Under the pieces are notes generated by a model. The model had not been told where the DNA came from. It saw only the letters and a program-made list of their open reading frames with translations, and did not search any database. A DNA stretch of 64,000 bases from Promethearchaeota archaeon (GTDB lineage Archaea; Asgardarchaeota; Heimdallarchaeia; Hodarchaeales; Hodarchaeaceae), in contig JBHLMN010000007.1 in assembly GCA_048938105.1 (NCBI GenBank), positions 96,001 to 160,000 of the forward strand, in the 5' to 3' direction. The position numbers and the translations under genes were made by a program. Below, piece by piece: positions 20,077 through 30,061 of the stretch (the first letter of the stretch is position 1; every line of letters starts with the position of its first letter).

Positions 20077-20253
20077 TTTGAACTTTAAGCATAAATAGCT
20101 GTGTATTAACGTTATCTAATTGGAGTTAAATAATCATAGTATAAGCGATCCGAGCGAAAGACAATAAATCCAAAATAACAATAATTAATTCCAAATAATT
20201 TCACTTGAAAGGTTGAAAACTGATTTTCAATAAAATATAATTTAGAGTGAATA

Positions 20254-20633
20254 ATGATGCCAAACCTTAAGATTGAAGTAATTAAGATATTAGAGGCTAT
20301 ATATGGGCTTATATATATGATGGACGACTAAGACTTTATACTACTACATCAGGTGCTCTTGCTCCACCACTACGATATATGTGTGTCAATTATCAAGATC
20401 CGAATTTCTGGAAAATGTACCTTCCAACAGTTTATGATAATAGTTTAATGCAAATTGGTTGTAGTGGTTATCCCGATACAGATTCTGACTGGTTTGATGA
20501 GGATTTAGATGGCCAAATAAACATGAAACTGGCATACGGATGGATATGGGATAATTGTCCACCAATGTATCCTTTTATTGATACTGGTTTTGGAGAAATA
20601 ACATACGAAGCGGTCAATGACTATTGGTATTAG
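20254..20633 (+). CDS. Small acidic Trp/Tyr/Asp-rich protein; apparently frameshifted near the 5' end (in-frame ATG at 20379)
   Basis: ATG 20254 gives MMPNLKIEVIK; the 20379 frame is open from 20286 (DIRGYIWAY...). One extra A at ~20284 joins them. Confidence 0.5.
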
Positions 20634-20645
20634 CAATTCATTCGC

Positions 20646-20704
20646 AAGTGAGAAGAGACTAAACGATTAACTACCGTGAACATGTAATCTCTTCACTTTT
20701 TTTT
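20646..20704 (+). terminator. Imperfect hairpin plus T8 tract
   Basis: AAGTGAGAAGAGA ... TCTCTTCACTT followed by a T-run just after the 20633 stop. Confidence 0.5.
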
Positions 20705-20912
20705 ATATCAGATGACATCACACAGGGCGTATGAAGAGTATTTCCTTGTTAAAAGGCACACCACTGGGTTAACATTTTTAATTCTGGCATTTATGTTCTA
20801 AAGAAAATGGTATATATTTGTGAAAATATTATTTAATTTGATAGCTAATAACTTGTGAGATGAAAATTTAATAATTGTGGATCTAAAAAATTATGAATGA
20901 GAGAGGAGTCAA

Positions 20913-21869
20913 ATGAGTATTAGTACATTACCAATTTTCGTTAAAGGGTTAACAAAACAATTTACTAGAGATAAACTAGCGTTAGATAACATTAATCTAT
21001 CAGTTGTTGATGGTGAAACCGTAGGTATTCTTGGTAACAATGGGGCTGGAAAAACAACGCTTCTTCGAATTTTAGCTACTTTATCATATCCTTCCACTGG
21101 AATTGTCGAAATCTTTGGTCTGGATCCCAGACAAGAGGCGCATACGATTAAGGAAATGATTGGTTATCTTCCAGAGAATTTTTCATTCTATCCATATTTT
21201 ACAGTTATAGAGATAATCAAGTTTTTCGAACACCTCAACCCTATAGCTAGACCAGATCAGGTTGAATACCGTGAAAAGATCATTAAAATTTTGTTACTTG
21301 AACCATATTTAAATCAAAAAATTAGTACCTTATCAAAAGGAACCTTACATAAAGTTGGTTTATCAATTATTTTGATACATGATCCCCAACTTCTTCTACT
21401 GGATGAACCAACAACTGGTCTAGATCCATTAGTAAGATCAGAAGTTCGAAAGATATTGATTGATCTCACCGATGATTTAGACAAAACAATACTAATTTCA
21501 TCCCATATTCTCGAAGATATTGAGGCTGTTTGTGATCGCGTATTCTTTTTAGAAGCAGGAAAAATGATTTCTGAACCTTGCTGGATTTCTGAACTCCAGG
21601 AAGACTTTTCTAAGCTTCAACGTCTAGAGTTCAGATGTAGTGATATTACGACAGTGATTAATAAGCTCCATAATAACGCTGATGTCCTCTTCTTTGATTC
21701 AAAAGCCAGATTTGTTGATATTTACTGTAAAAAGGATAAGACTGAAAAAATTACAAAAGAAATTCTAATTGATTGTAAGAATTCTGTTAAAGTAAATAAT
21801 TATCCTATTAGTTTAGAGGATATTTATATTCTTAATCATGCTAAGAAAGACTGGGTAGAATTCCTATAA
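20913..21869 (+). CDS. ABC exporter ATP-binding protein (CcmA/DrrA-like)
   Basis: GNNGAGKTT, LSKG, LLLLDEPTTGLDP, SSH. Confidence 0.95.
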   Translation: MSISTLPIFVKGLTKQFTRDKLALDNINLSVVDGETVGILGNNGAGKTTLLRILATLSYPSTGIVEIFGLDPRQEAHTIKEMIGYLPENFSFYPYFTVIEIIKFFEHLNPIARPDQVEYREKIIKILLLEPYLNQKISTLSKGTLHKVGLSIILIHDPQLLLLDEPTTGLDPLVRSEVRKILIDLTDDLDKTILISSHILEDIEAVCDRVFFLEAGKMISEPCWISELQEDFSKLQRLEFRCSDITTVINKLHNNADVLFFDSKARFVDIYCKKDKTEKITKEILIDCKNSVKVNNYPISLEDIYILNHAKKDWVEFL

Positions 21870-21887
21870 AGGAAAGGGAAACCAATA

Positions 21888-23417
21888 TTGCAAATAAAGT
21901 ACCAATATTTCCTTTCAGTTGAAATTAAACATCGTTTAAGAACAACAGTAATGTCTTGGATTTATACTATCGTTTTATTAATTTCAGGGATATATTTATT
22001 TTTTATGACAGTTTTTTTTAATGAAATAGATCTAAACAAATACTTGTTTCTCCTTTTATTCTTCCTAATACTATTTTTTCCTCAAAATAATGACATATTT
22101 TCACGGGAAATAACGTCAAATATGGTTGATTATGTAATTATGACTTCACCCATTTTTAAAACAATTTTTCTTTCAAGAATATATGCTAATGCATTTTTTA
22201 TGATTGTTCCAGGATTGCTAATACATTTTGGAGCGTTTTTAGTTCCAAGATTATTTATTCAGCTTGATATTGTAAATTATGCCATCTTATTGTGTTTAAT
22301 ATTCTTCTTACTGCTTTTTTGGTTTTTACTTTCAACACAGATTCTTTTAATCCTGCAGTTTAAGATTTCTGATTCATTAATCTGTACTTTACTATATTTT
22401 GGAATAATTCTCAGTTTAATTTTTATTACATCTTTCTTTAGTACTTTAATGGGTTCATTAAAGTTTGGTTCTGTATTTATTGGTTTTATTTCAGAAGATA
22501 ATATGATCATTTCACTTTTTTCCCTTTTTGTGGGTTGTTCAGTTCTATCAGTCACATTATCGTATTCAATAGAGCATTGGATTGTAAATATCTCTAAAAA
22601 GATGGAAAGAAGAGAAGAGGATATTAAACATCCTTATTCTCTTTATAATTTAATTGGATGTTCAAACAATCTTAATAAAAAGGATTTTATTTTTTATTTT
22701 GTTGATATTTTATGTGTTTCCATATTTCCCTTCTTTTTGGATTCTACTTTCTATAATAATATCATCTTAAGAACAGAGTCTTTTTTCATAATAATTTTTC
22801 AGAATTTCATAACACTAATCACCATTAATTTCATCATCGCCATCTTATATACAGTAATTAGAGTGCTTCCACAAGTCACTGCAGAGAAACAATTTAACAT
22901 GGAGGAACTTTTATTATCAAAAATTTCAGCTTTTAAATATTTGAAAGAAAAATGTAAATTATTGTATCGTCCATTTTCAGTTTTCTTATTAATACCAGTC
23001 TGTCTTTTCACAATATTTTCAATGTTCATTTCATTTATTCTGAATAGACCATTTCCACTTGTAGATTATTTTGAAATTCTTCTCCTATTAATGATGATTC
23101 TGATCATCCTAGTGGCATATTTTACATCACTTTTGATTTTTCTCTGGCGTTTTTTACCGGCAAGAGACCTATTAAGATCATCTATTATTACTATTTTTGG
23201 AATAGAAATCCTTGCAACCGTCATTTCTATATTCTTTTTTCCCCCAGCTATTATTTTTGCAATAATCTTGTCTAGTCTTGGACTTCAAGTAATTATATTT
23301 GATTCAGCGGTTAATAACAGTTTTTTGTTTATATATGGAAACTTGGCAAATCTTTCTCTAATTCTATTATTTGCATCATACATTCTTCTAAAAGCCGATA
23401 TAAAATTCCATTCATGA
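21888..23417 (+). CDS. Divergent ABC-2-type permease, two tandem halves
   Basis: Very hydrophobic (I/F/L-rich); FSREITSNMVDYVIMTSP and VTAEKQFNMEELLLSK motifs; directly follows the ATPase. Confidence 0.7.
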   Translation: MQIKYQYFLSVEIKHRLRTTVMSWIYTIVLLISGIYLFFMTVFFNEIDLNKYLFLLLFFLILFFPQNNDIFSREITSNMVDYVIMTSPIFKTIFLSRIYANAFFMIVPGLLIHFGAFLVPRLFIQLDIVNYAILLCLIFFLLLFWFLLSTQILLILQFKISDSLICTLLYFGIILSLIFITSFFSTLMGSLKFGSVFIGFISEDNMIISLFSLFVGCSVLSVTLSYSIEHWIVNISKKMERREEDIKHPYSLYNLIGCSNNLNKKDFIFYFVDILCVSIFPFFLDSTFYNNIILRTESFFIIIFQNFITLITINFIIAILYTVIRVLPQVTAEKQFNMEELLLSKISAFKYLKEKCKLLYRPFSVFLLIPVCLFTIFSMFISFILNRPFPLVDYFEILLLLMMILIILVAYFTSLLIFLWRFLPARDLLRSSIITIFGIEILATVISIFFFPPAIIFAIILSSLGLQVIIFDSAVNNSFLFIYGNLANLSLILLFASYILLKADIKFHS

Positions 23418-24232
23418 CTTTATATAAAGGATTTACATTGATCGATACTGATTCTCGTTTCAATAAGCCAAAGATAACAATAATTTCGGTCTTTTTTGTA
23501 TGGAATGTGACAAATGATCCAAGAACTAGTCTCAACAATATATACATGTCCTTGGTAATCCTTTAACGCTCCTAAACCAACTATTGGGAAGCATCAAATA
23601 TCTCTCTACATTTCGGACACTGCTAATAGACATTTTCACCGTATTCCCTCCCATTTATTCGTGAGATTATGATCTGCTTTTGATCTGGTACAATCTGCAC
23701 ATCTCTCTCGTCTTAAAATATGGCTAAAGAACTTATCATTCCTAAATAAAAGACCTAAATCCATGATCCAGAAAAGAAATGTATAAAAAAAATAGTATTA
23801 TCGTTCCTTTCATAGTAGAGGATTCAAAGAGTTTAAGGAAGCTGAAGGGAAGAAAACTTCCTTTAACCCATATCTCCACCTGCCAGAATAGCAGATTCCT
23901 GACTGATAGATAGATCATGAAACCCAATAATCATAACAGTACGCCCGCTAGGAGGGTTGGGTGGGGTTCCCGAACTCTTATAGAGAACAGGGGGATAGCA
24001 TAGAGACTACTTTTTTGCGGATCACAATCATAAAAATGGTTATAGCTTCCTAAATTTCTTGGATTAATGGCAACAGTTTCCAACCCTCTCTTGCCCTGAT
24101 TATAAGAATCCTGTAGTTTTTAAGATCATACGAGTTGAAAAAGAATCCTAAAATGATCATCAAAAATCCGAAATGCTTTTTATGAATTTGAACACTTACA
24201 TCTAGATATAGTCATTAGGAAAGTTAAATCTA

Positions 24233-24700
24233 GTGCCTCTTGACAAAAAGAAATTAGATGCATTGTTAGAGGAAATAAAACGGTTAGAAGAAAAACCAGT
24301 TCCAAAACAAAGAATATCTAAACTTCGGACTATTGTTTCAAACGATACTTCAATATCCCCCGTAAAAAAAGACTTTCTTTTGACTACAGAGAAAAAAGCC
24401 TATTTTAAAATCAATCATTATTACAAATTGGTCATGCTATCGATTGAGGACACAGCTACTGGTTTTGAGATCTGGATTAAGGGAGTTCTACCACTACTTC
24501 TTCGACAACATAGCCTCGAACGTGAGGAGTGGGAACGAATTTGTGATCTAGGGGATAGTGATAAACAACTCGAGAAAGAAATGACTCAGGATTGGAGAAC
24601 ATTTTACCAAGAGACCATTCAAAAAGGCCTTATTGATACTGAGATCTTGACTTTAATCAATGAAGGCAAATTACGAGTTAAAAAAATGAGGTTAGAGTAA
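24233..24700 (+). CDS. Hypothetical soluble protein
   Basis: 155-aa ORF with normal composition; no motif recognised. Confidence 0.65.
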   Translation: MPLDKKKLDALLEEIKRLEEKPVPKQRISKLRTIVSNDTSISPVKKDFLLTTEKKAYFKINHYYKLVMLSIEDTATGFEIWIKGVLPLLLRQHSLEREEWERICDLGDSDKQLEKEMTQDWRTFYQETIQKGLIDTEILTLINEGKLRVKKMRLE

Positions 24701-24811
24701 GAAGCATGTGCATAGAAAGAAAGAGCAAATTTGGGTTCAACTACCTATTATCACAATGAGGAGGTATAAAAAATAAGCATAAAATCTTTCCTTAACAGTT
24801 CTAGTAGTAGA

Positions 24812-25465
24812 GTGACAGTATTAGAGTTACTAATCTTAATCCTCTCAATATATCAATTAATAACTCCCTTTCCCCCTCTGAAAATAATCGCAGCACCTGA
24901 AACGCATGATGATAGTATGAACTCCGAAATAACAGCTGATTGGGGAGATGTTGTGAATGTAGTATATTCTCTGTGGTTAGACGAGGCACATACTATCGAA
25001 AAAGCAGGCAATATTAATGTGGTCTTGGAATATATCTATCTCAGAAGGACTAAAGATGAAATGATTCCTGAAGAAGTAGTAAACCTTTTTCCTGAATCAG
25101 CGAAAGGAAAACTAAAGCAAATCTATGTGCAACCTTTTATAAATGCCATCATTGGAATGCGAGTCAATCAGGAAAAGAATTTTACAATAAAAGCAGAAGA
25201 GCATGGGCTAAGTGATGAGAATTTTTATTATCACATCAAAATACTCGCAATTCTGTTTGATGTTTCAACACTGACAACTAATATCGAAACATCTACTTCC
25301 ATGAGTTCTCTTACTCCCTTAACCAGTAGTAGTAGTAGTAAAATCGAATCCAGTGTTTCTACTCCTGAAATTTCGTCATTTCCGAGTTATTTTCTCACCA
25401 TTCTTTTTCTTTCAGTTAGTGCTTTTATCATAAACAAGAAAAAGAAAAAAAAAGAAGGAAAATAG
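24812..25465 (+). CDS. Surface-anchored FKBP-type peptidyl-prolyl isomerase-like protein
   Basis: Signal peptide; GDVVNVVYSL; FINAIIGMRVNQEKNFTIKAEEHG (FKBP/SlyD-like); Ser/Thr linker; SSF-TM-KKKKKK. Confidence 0.65.
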   Translation: MTVLELLILILSIYQLITPFPPLKIIAAPETHDDSMNSEITADWGDVVNVVYSLWLDEAHTIEKAGNINVVLEYIYLRRTKDEMIPEEVVNLFPESAKGKLKQIYVQPFINAIIGMRVNQEKNFTIKAEEHGLSDENFYYHIKILAILFDVSTLTTNIETSTSMSSLTPLTSSSSSKIESSVSTPEISSFPSYFLTILFLSVSAFIINKKKKKKEGK

Positions 25466-27646
25466 TTATTGATAGGGGGTAACTATTTCAATGACATCGT
25501 TGTAATCTATTCCAAGTTCTTCTATTTTCGCAATGGAGGGACAGCCTTGTTTACTCCATCCTCGACGCTCGTAGGCAGCATCTTGAAGTCTAGCATAATT
25601 ATCTTCGCGATAATTTCGTAGGATTTTCATTTTTTCTTCTATGGATTTTCCTAAGGGATCTTCTTTAATCTCTTCTTTGATCTGTTTATCATACCGTTCT
25701 GCACGGCTTTCATATTCTTCCTTTGTAACAGGACCCATTGCACGATATGGGAGATTTGAGTCACTTGCTCTAAGCCCTTTTCCCTGACGAACATTGAGAA
25801 TACGCTGGAAATTATATACTCTCTCTGACATCCTAATAAGATCATCAGGAGTTGATTTTCTCCCAGTTACACCACTGAAGTATTCAGCATACCAATTTAC
25901 ATGCTTAGGGATTTTTGCACGCGCATCAGGTAATGTTAAAGGCTTTTGGGGATTCTCATTGTTGTCAGATGGAACCACATCATTCCACGGTAATTTACAA
26001 AGACCATTAAGTCCAAACCATGTTCGCCAAAATGGAAACCAGGCTAATGCCTCAGCTTTATCTTCAAATGTGGGAAGATTACCCCGAACAGAATCTTCGA
26101 AAATAAGCCACGCTTCATCATGTTGCGGACCTTTCAATGTTAAACCATATCCACCCTGTTGAGCTAACGATTCTTTAGTAACATATTCTGAGAATTCAAG
26201 TCCTTTATGCTCCATTCCGATATCCTGAACGAATTGGGGATCTGCTCCATATTTCTCAGCAAAGATTTTCTTCATTTCGACAATTCCTTGCCCAACAATG
26301 ACTCCAAAGCCCTTTCCCCGTGCTATTTGATGAATTAATTCCAATGCTACTTCCGCATTTCCAAAGGTAAGTTCAAGACCACCAGTAATCTCCTTGGTTA
26401 AGATTCCAGCTTCATAACACTCCATCACGAATGCTATACCCGTACCTACTGATATAGTATCTAATCCATACGTGTCACAGTAGAAATTGGCTTCTAAAAC
26501 CCATTTTGGATCCCATACACCCCAATTACTCCCACATCCAGCGATTGTTTCATATTCAGGGCCATCCACATGAACTTCCTGACCTTTGAAGGGGCCAGAA
26601 AGGACTTTATGGTTCTTAGAGATGTGGCTACATGCAATAGTGCAGCCAATCCAACAACCATCAGTACCTTTTCCAGTATCAGTATATACAGATCGCATAA
26701 CATCACGTGTATAGGGAAACTGTTCACCTTTCAACTCCTTATGAGCACCAAATCGGAAGTTCTCAGTTGGGAGAAGGTCAAAATCATTCATAATTTCAGG
26801 GAGATGACCAGTTCCAACTACACGCATTTCGTTTTGTTTAGGATCATTTTTGATGATTTCAAGATTATGCTTTTGTCCAACAGCTTTTGCCACATCAAGA
26901 TTGGAGGGGTTATTTATCTTTGAATCCACTTTTGGAGAGCGACATATAAGAGCTTTAAGGTGCTTATTTCTAAAAACGGTGCCTATTCCCCCTCTTCCAG
27001 CTTGTTTACAACTTGCCCACTGACGTTTCTTATTATACCACGAAAAATTAAGACAACCCCATTTAGAATGTTCAGCTCCTCTACCTGATGAGACCACACT
27101 AACCCGATGCTTTTCTTTATCGGATGAATTTACAGCATATTTCTCGGTTAGTTGTTGGGTTAACACATGTGCTTCATTAGGAATGTTTTCTGCTTCCTCA
27201 ATGCGTACGATTCCTTCATCGCCGTTAATAAAGATAATGACGTCCTTCTTAGCTTTTCCTTGTATTTCAATTGCATCAAAGCCTGAAAATTTGACATAAG
27301 GCCCGAAATACCCGCCAACATTGCTATCAATAACAATTCCTGTTAATGGGGAGATTGTAGTAACAATAGATTTCCCTGATCCAGGATAAAAAGTACTTCC
27401 TCCGAGAGGGCCTGAAGCAATGCATATCTCATTCTCTGGATCATCCCATTTGACAGGGTGTTTAGGTAATCCATGCCACATTAGGAATAAATCGAATCCT
27501 TTTCCTCCGATGAATTTCTCTTTCATTTCATCGGTAACGGGTTTTATCTTTATTTCATTGGTTGTTAAGTTGATGTACAGTGTTTTATTTGCATAACCTT
27601 TTTCAATTGCTTTCAATTCATAAGAAAATTCTGTTAGAATGACCAT
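25466..27646 (-). CDS. aor: Tungsten aldehyde:ferredoxin oxidoreductase family protein
   Basis: SPLTG..DSNVGG, KQAGRGGIG, GCWIGCTIAC, GPEYET, CDTYGLDTIS, GLCKLPW. Confidence 0.93.
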   Translation of the reverse strand: MVILTEFSYELKAIEKGYANKTLYINLTTNEIKIKPVTDEMKEKFIGGKGFDLFLMWHGLPKHPVKWDDPENEICIASGPLGGSTFYPGSGKSIVTTISPLTGIVIDSNVGGYFGPYVKFSGFDAIEIQGKAKKDVIIFINGDEGIVRIEEAENIPNEAHVLTQQLTEKYAVNSSDKEKHRVSVVSSGRGAEHSKWGCLNFSWYNKKRQWASCKQAGRGGIGTVFRNKHLKALICRSPKVDSKINNPSNLDVAKAVGQKHNLEIIKNDPKQNEMRVVGTGHLPEIMNDFDLLPTENFRFGAHKELKGEQFPYTRDVMRSVYTDTGKGTDGCWIGCTIACSHISKNHKVLSGPFKGQEVHVDGPEYETIAGCGSNWGVWDPKWVLEANFYCDTYGLDTISVGTGIAFVMECYEAGILTKEITGGLELTFGNAEVALELIHQIARGKGFGVIVGQGIVEMKKIFAEKYGADPQFVQDIGMEHKGLEFSEYVTKESLAQQGGYGLTLKGPQHDEAWLIFEDSVRGNLPTFEDKAEALAWFPFWRTWFGLNGLCKLPWNDVVPSDNNENPQKPLTLPDARAKIPKHVNWYAEYFSGVTGRKSTPDDLIRMSERVYNFQRILNVRQGKGLRASDSNLPYRAMGPVTKEEYESRAERYDKQIKEEIKEDPLGKSIEEKMKILRNYREDNYARLQDAAYERRGWSKQGCPSIAKIEELGIDYNDVIEIVTPYQ

Positions 27647-27761
27647 TAACGATTTCCTCCATTAATTTCAGAACAATGATTAATATGGGGTACAGAGGGT
27701 CTACAAACAACCGTTTTAAATAAAACTATATTAATTTGATTCTTAGTGAGTGAATCTCAAA

Positions 27762-28601
27762 ATGAGTAAGACTCAAAGACATCAACACGAACTACACCTT
27801 CTTTTTTCCGAATTTCTTCAAACGGGTGACAAGAAAAAAGTAACCAAATATTTATTGGATAATAGTAACCTACCAGGTCGTAGAGCAAATCTTGAGCTAG
27901 CTAAAGCCTTCACAAAGGTAATAGAAGAAAACTGGGATAAGAATGAGGAAATTTTATGGAGTTTGATCACTTCTTTAATTAAGATTACTTCAAATCAAGC
28001 CCCTGTAAACGATCCCCAAGAGTTTCTTCCCTTCTGTGCAACGTGGGCTCTTGGTTCAATAGGAGCTATTTCAAAGGTTCATTACACGGAATCTCTCCAA
28101 TTTTTGAGAGAGTTATCTAAAGACTCCCGCTGGCGTATACGAGAGGCCGTTGCTAAAGGAATTCATAGGTTAATTAAAGAGAGAGGCCTTAATCTACTAG
28201 AAGAATTACAAACTTGGATTGTTACTGATCAATGGCTTCCAATGAGAGCAGTAGTAACAGGCGTAGCTGAACCGAGTGTCCTTAAAGATAATCATATTAT
28301 AAACCAAGCATTAGAACTTCACAAAGAAGTCCTTAACCAAGTAAGGAGCAGTAAAAATCGAAAAACCGATGATTTCAAAGCCCTACGCAAAGGATTAGCA
28401 TATTCATTAAGTGTAGTGGTTCAATCAACTCCAGAGGACGGTTTTAAATATCTTGAAAAATTGATAGGATATGAGGATGAGGATATTCTGTGGATTCTTA
28501 AACAGAATCTAGGTAAGAATAGATTAATTAAAAATTACCCTGTAAAAGTAAATGCACTAAATAAAAAGCTGAGACATTCAAACTTGAATCATCAAGAATA
28601 A
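27762..28601 (+). CDS. HEAT-repeat / AlkD-like (DNA alkylation repair-like) protein
   Basis: SNLPGRRANLELA; DSRWRIREAVA; WILKQNLGKNRL. Confidence 0.7.
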   Translation: MSKTQRHQHELHLLFSEFLQTGDKKKVTKYLLDNSNLPGRRANLELAKAFTKVIEENWDKNEEILWSLITSLIKITSNQAPVNDPQEFLPFCATWALGSIGAISKVHYTESLQFLRELSKDSRWRIREAVAKGIHRLIKERGLNLLEELQTWIVTDQWLPMRAVVTGVAEPSVLKDNHIINQALELHKEVLNQVRSSKNRKTDDFKALRKGLAYSLSVVVQSTPEDGFKYLEKLIGYEDEDILWILKQNLGKNRLIKNYPVKVNALNKKLRHSNLNHQE

Positions 28602-28883
28602 TTTTGAACCTCCTCCTACAGGTGGGACACAAGTGACATTATCTCCCTCCTCAACTTTCTCATCAATACCGTTTAGTGATTCTATATCTCTTCCATTAAG
28701 AAGGACGTGATAATGACTCTTGATCTTTCCAGTATCTTTATTAACGATATGTGTCAGTACGGACTTTCCAATTTGGCTCTCTAATGCGATTAACGTTTCC
28801 CTAACGGAAGCTCCCTCTACAAAGAAGGTTTTCCCTCCAACCCAGCGTTCTAGGGGGCCATAAAAAGTGACTGTTACAGTCAT
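28578..28883 (-). CDS. MoaD/ThiS/SAMP ubiquitin-like protein with a C-terminal extension after the GG motif
   Basis: VTFYG.L, VLLNGRDI, GDNV...PPVGGG followed by SKLFLMIQV. Confidence 0.9.
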   Translation of the reverse strand: MTVTVTFYGPLERWVGGKTFFVEGASVRETLIALESQIGKSVLTHIVNKDTGKIKSHYHVLLNGRDIESLNGIDEKVEEGDNVTCVPPVGGGSKLFLMIQV

Positions 28884-28926
28884 GGCTGGATCCTCTGACT
28901 CTGAACTTAGGAAAAAAGGTGGAGAG

Positions 28927-30045
28927 TTAAATCATTTTCTTTACTACTTCTTCAGCTACTTCTAATGTGGTATTAGAACCACCCATGTCATAAGTTTTTA
29001 CTTTTCCCTCCTTAATAACCGCAGATATCCCCTTTTCAATATTTTTCGCAATTTCTAACAAGGACTGATCTCCTTTGGCACCAAGCCACTCTAATAATAA
29101 TTTCCCTGATAAAATGGCTGCTGTAGGATTTACCTTATATTGCCCCGCATACTTTGGAGCTGACCCATGGGTAGGTTCAAAGAGACCGTAAATATTCCCA
29201 TTAGTTGAGGCGCTAGAAGCAAAACCTAATCCACCTACTAATTGGGCTGCAAGATCGCTGATGATATCACCGAACATATTCGTGGTTACCATGACTCCAT
29301 AATCTTGAGGGTTTTTGATCAACCACATACACATAGCATCGATATTTGTTTCCCACATTTCGACCTCAGGATAATCTTTAGCTACTTCAAAAGCGATTCG
29401 TCGAAACATGCCACATGTTTGACGAATTACATTCGCTTTGTGTATCACAGTAACAGTGGGGTATCCAAATTTCTTCGCATATTCAAAGGCAGTGACTAAA
29501 ATTCTACGACAACCTTTCTCAGTAAATACACGACATGAAACTGTAGTTTTTTCTGGATCAAATTTCTGAAATTTATCTAATGAAACAAGCTGTCTAAATT
29601 CTTCCCCGCTATCATACTCAATTCCAGTATAAAGACCCTCTGTGTTCTCTCTAAATGTGATAAGATCAATATCATCCCGATAGTTGAGAGGATTACCGGG
29701 ATAGGCTTTAGTTGGCCGCATATTAGAGTATAAATCGAAGATTTGGCGTAAGCGTACAATAGGTGACCGATAAGAAATGCCAAATTTCTGGACTGTCTTA
29801 ACCACTTCAGGATCTGTTGTTGGACGAGAAGTAATTGCACCAAATAATGCAGCATCTGTTTCTTTCATTCCCTCAACTGTACGCTCAGGAAGAGGATCTC
29901 CTTCAGCTTTGAAAATATCAAACCCAATATCGAGTGGAATGTATTCTGAATCAAAGTTTGTCGCATCTAGCACAATTCTGGCTGCTTCTAAGACGTCTTT
30001 ACCGATCCCGTCCCCAGGCATATAAGCAATTTTATATTTAGTCAT
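28927..30045 (-). CDS. Isocitrate/isopropylmalate/homoisocitrate dehydrogenase family
   Basis: PGDGIG, RENTEGLY, HKANV, NMFGDIISD, FEPTHGSAP. Confidence 0.93.
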   Translation of the reverse strand: MTKYKIAYMPGDGIGKDVLEAARIVLDATNFDSEYIPLDIGFDIFKAEGDPLPERTVEGMKETDAALFGAITSRPTTDPEVVKTVQKFGISYRSPIVRLRQIFDLYSNMRPTKAYPGNPLNYRDDIDLITFRENTEGLYTGIEYDSGEEFRQLVSLDKFQKFDPEKTTVSCRVFTEKGCRRILVTAFEYAKKFGYPTVTVIHKANVIRQTCGMFRRIAFEVAKDYPEVEMWETNIDAMCMWLIKNPQDYGVMVTTNMFGDIISDLAAQLVGGLGFASSASTNGNIYGLFEPTHGSAPKYAGQYKVNPTAAILSGKLLLEWLGAKGDQSLLEIAKNIEKGISAVIKEGKVKTYDMGGSNTTLEVAEEVVKKMI

Positions 30046-30061
30046 TTTTTTCCTTCCTATA

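Noticed and set aside
23941-24000. GC-rich patch as tRNA or structured RNA
   Set aside because: No cloverleaf or GTTCRA T-loop with paired arms could be built.
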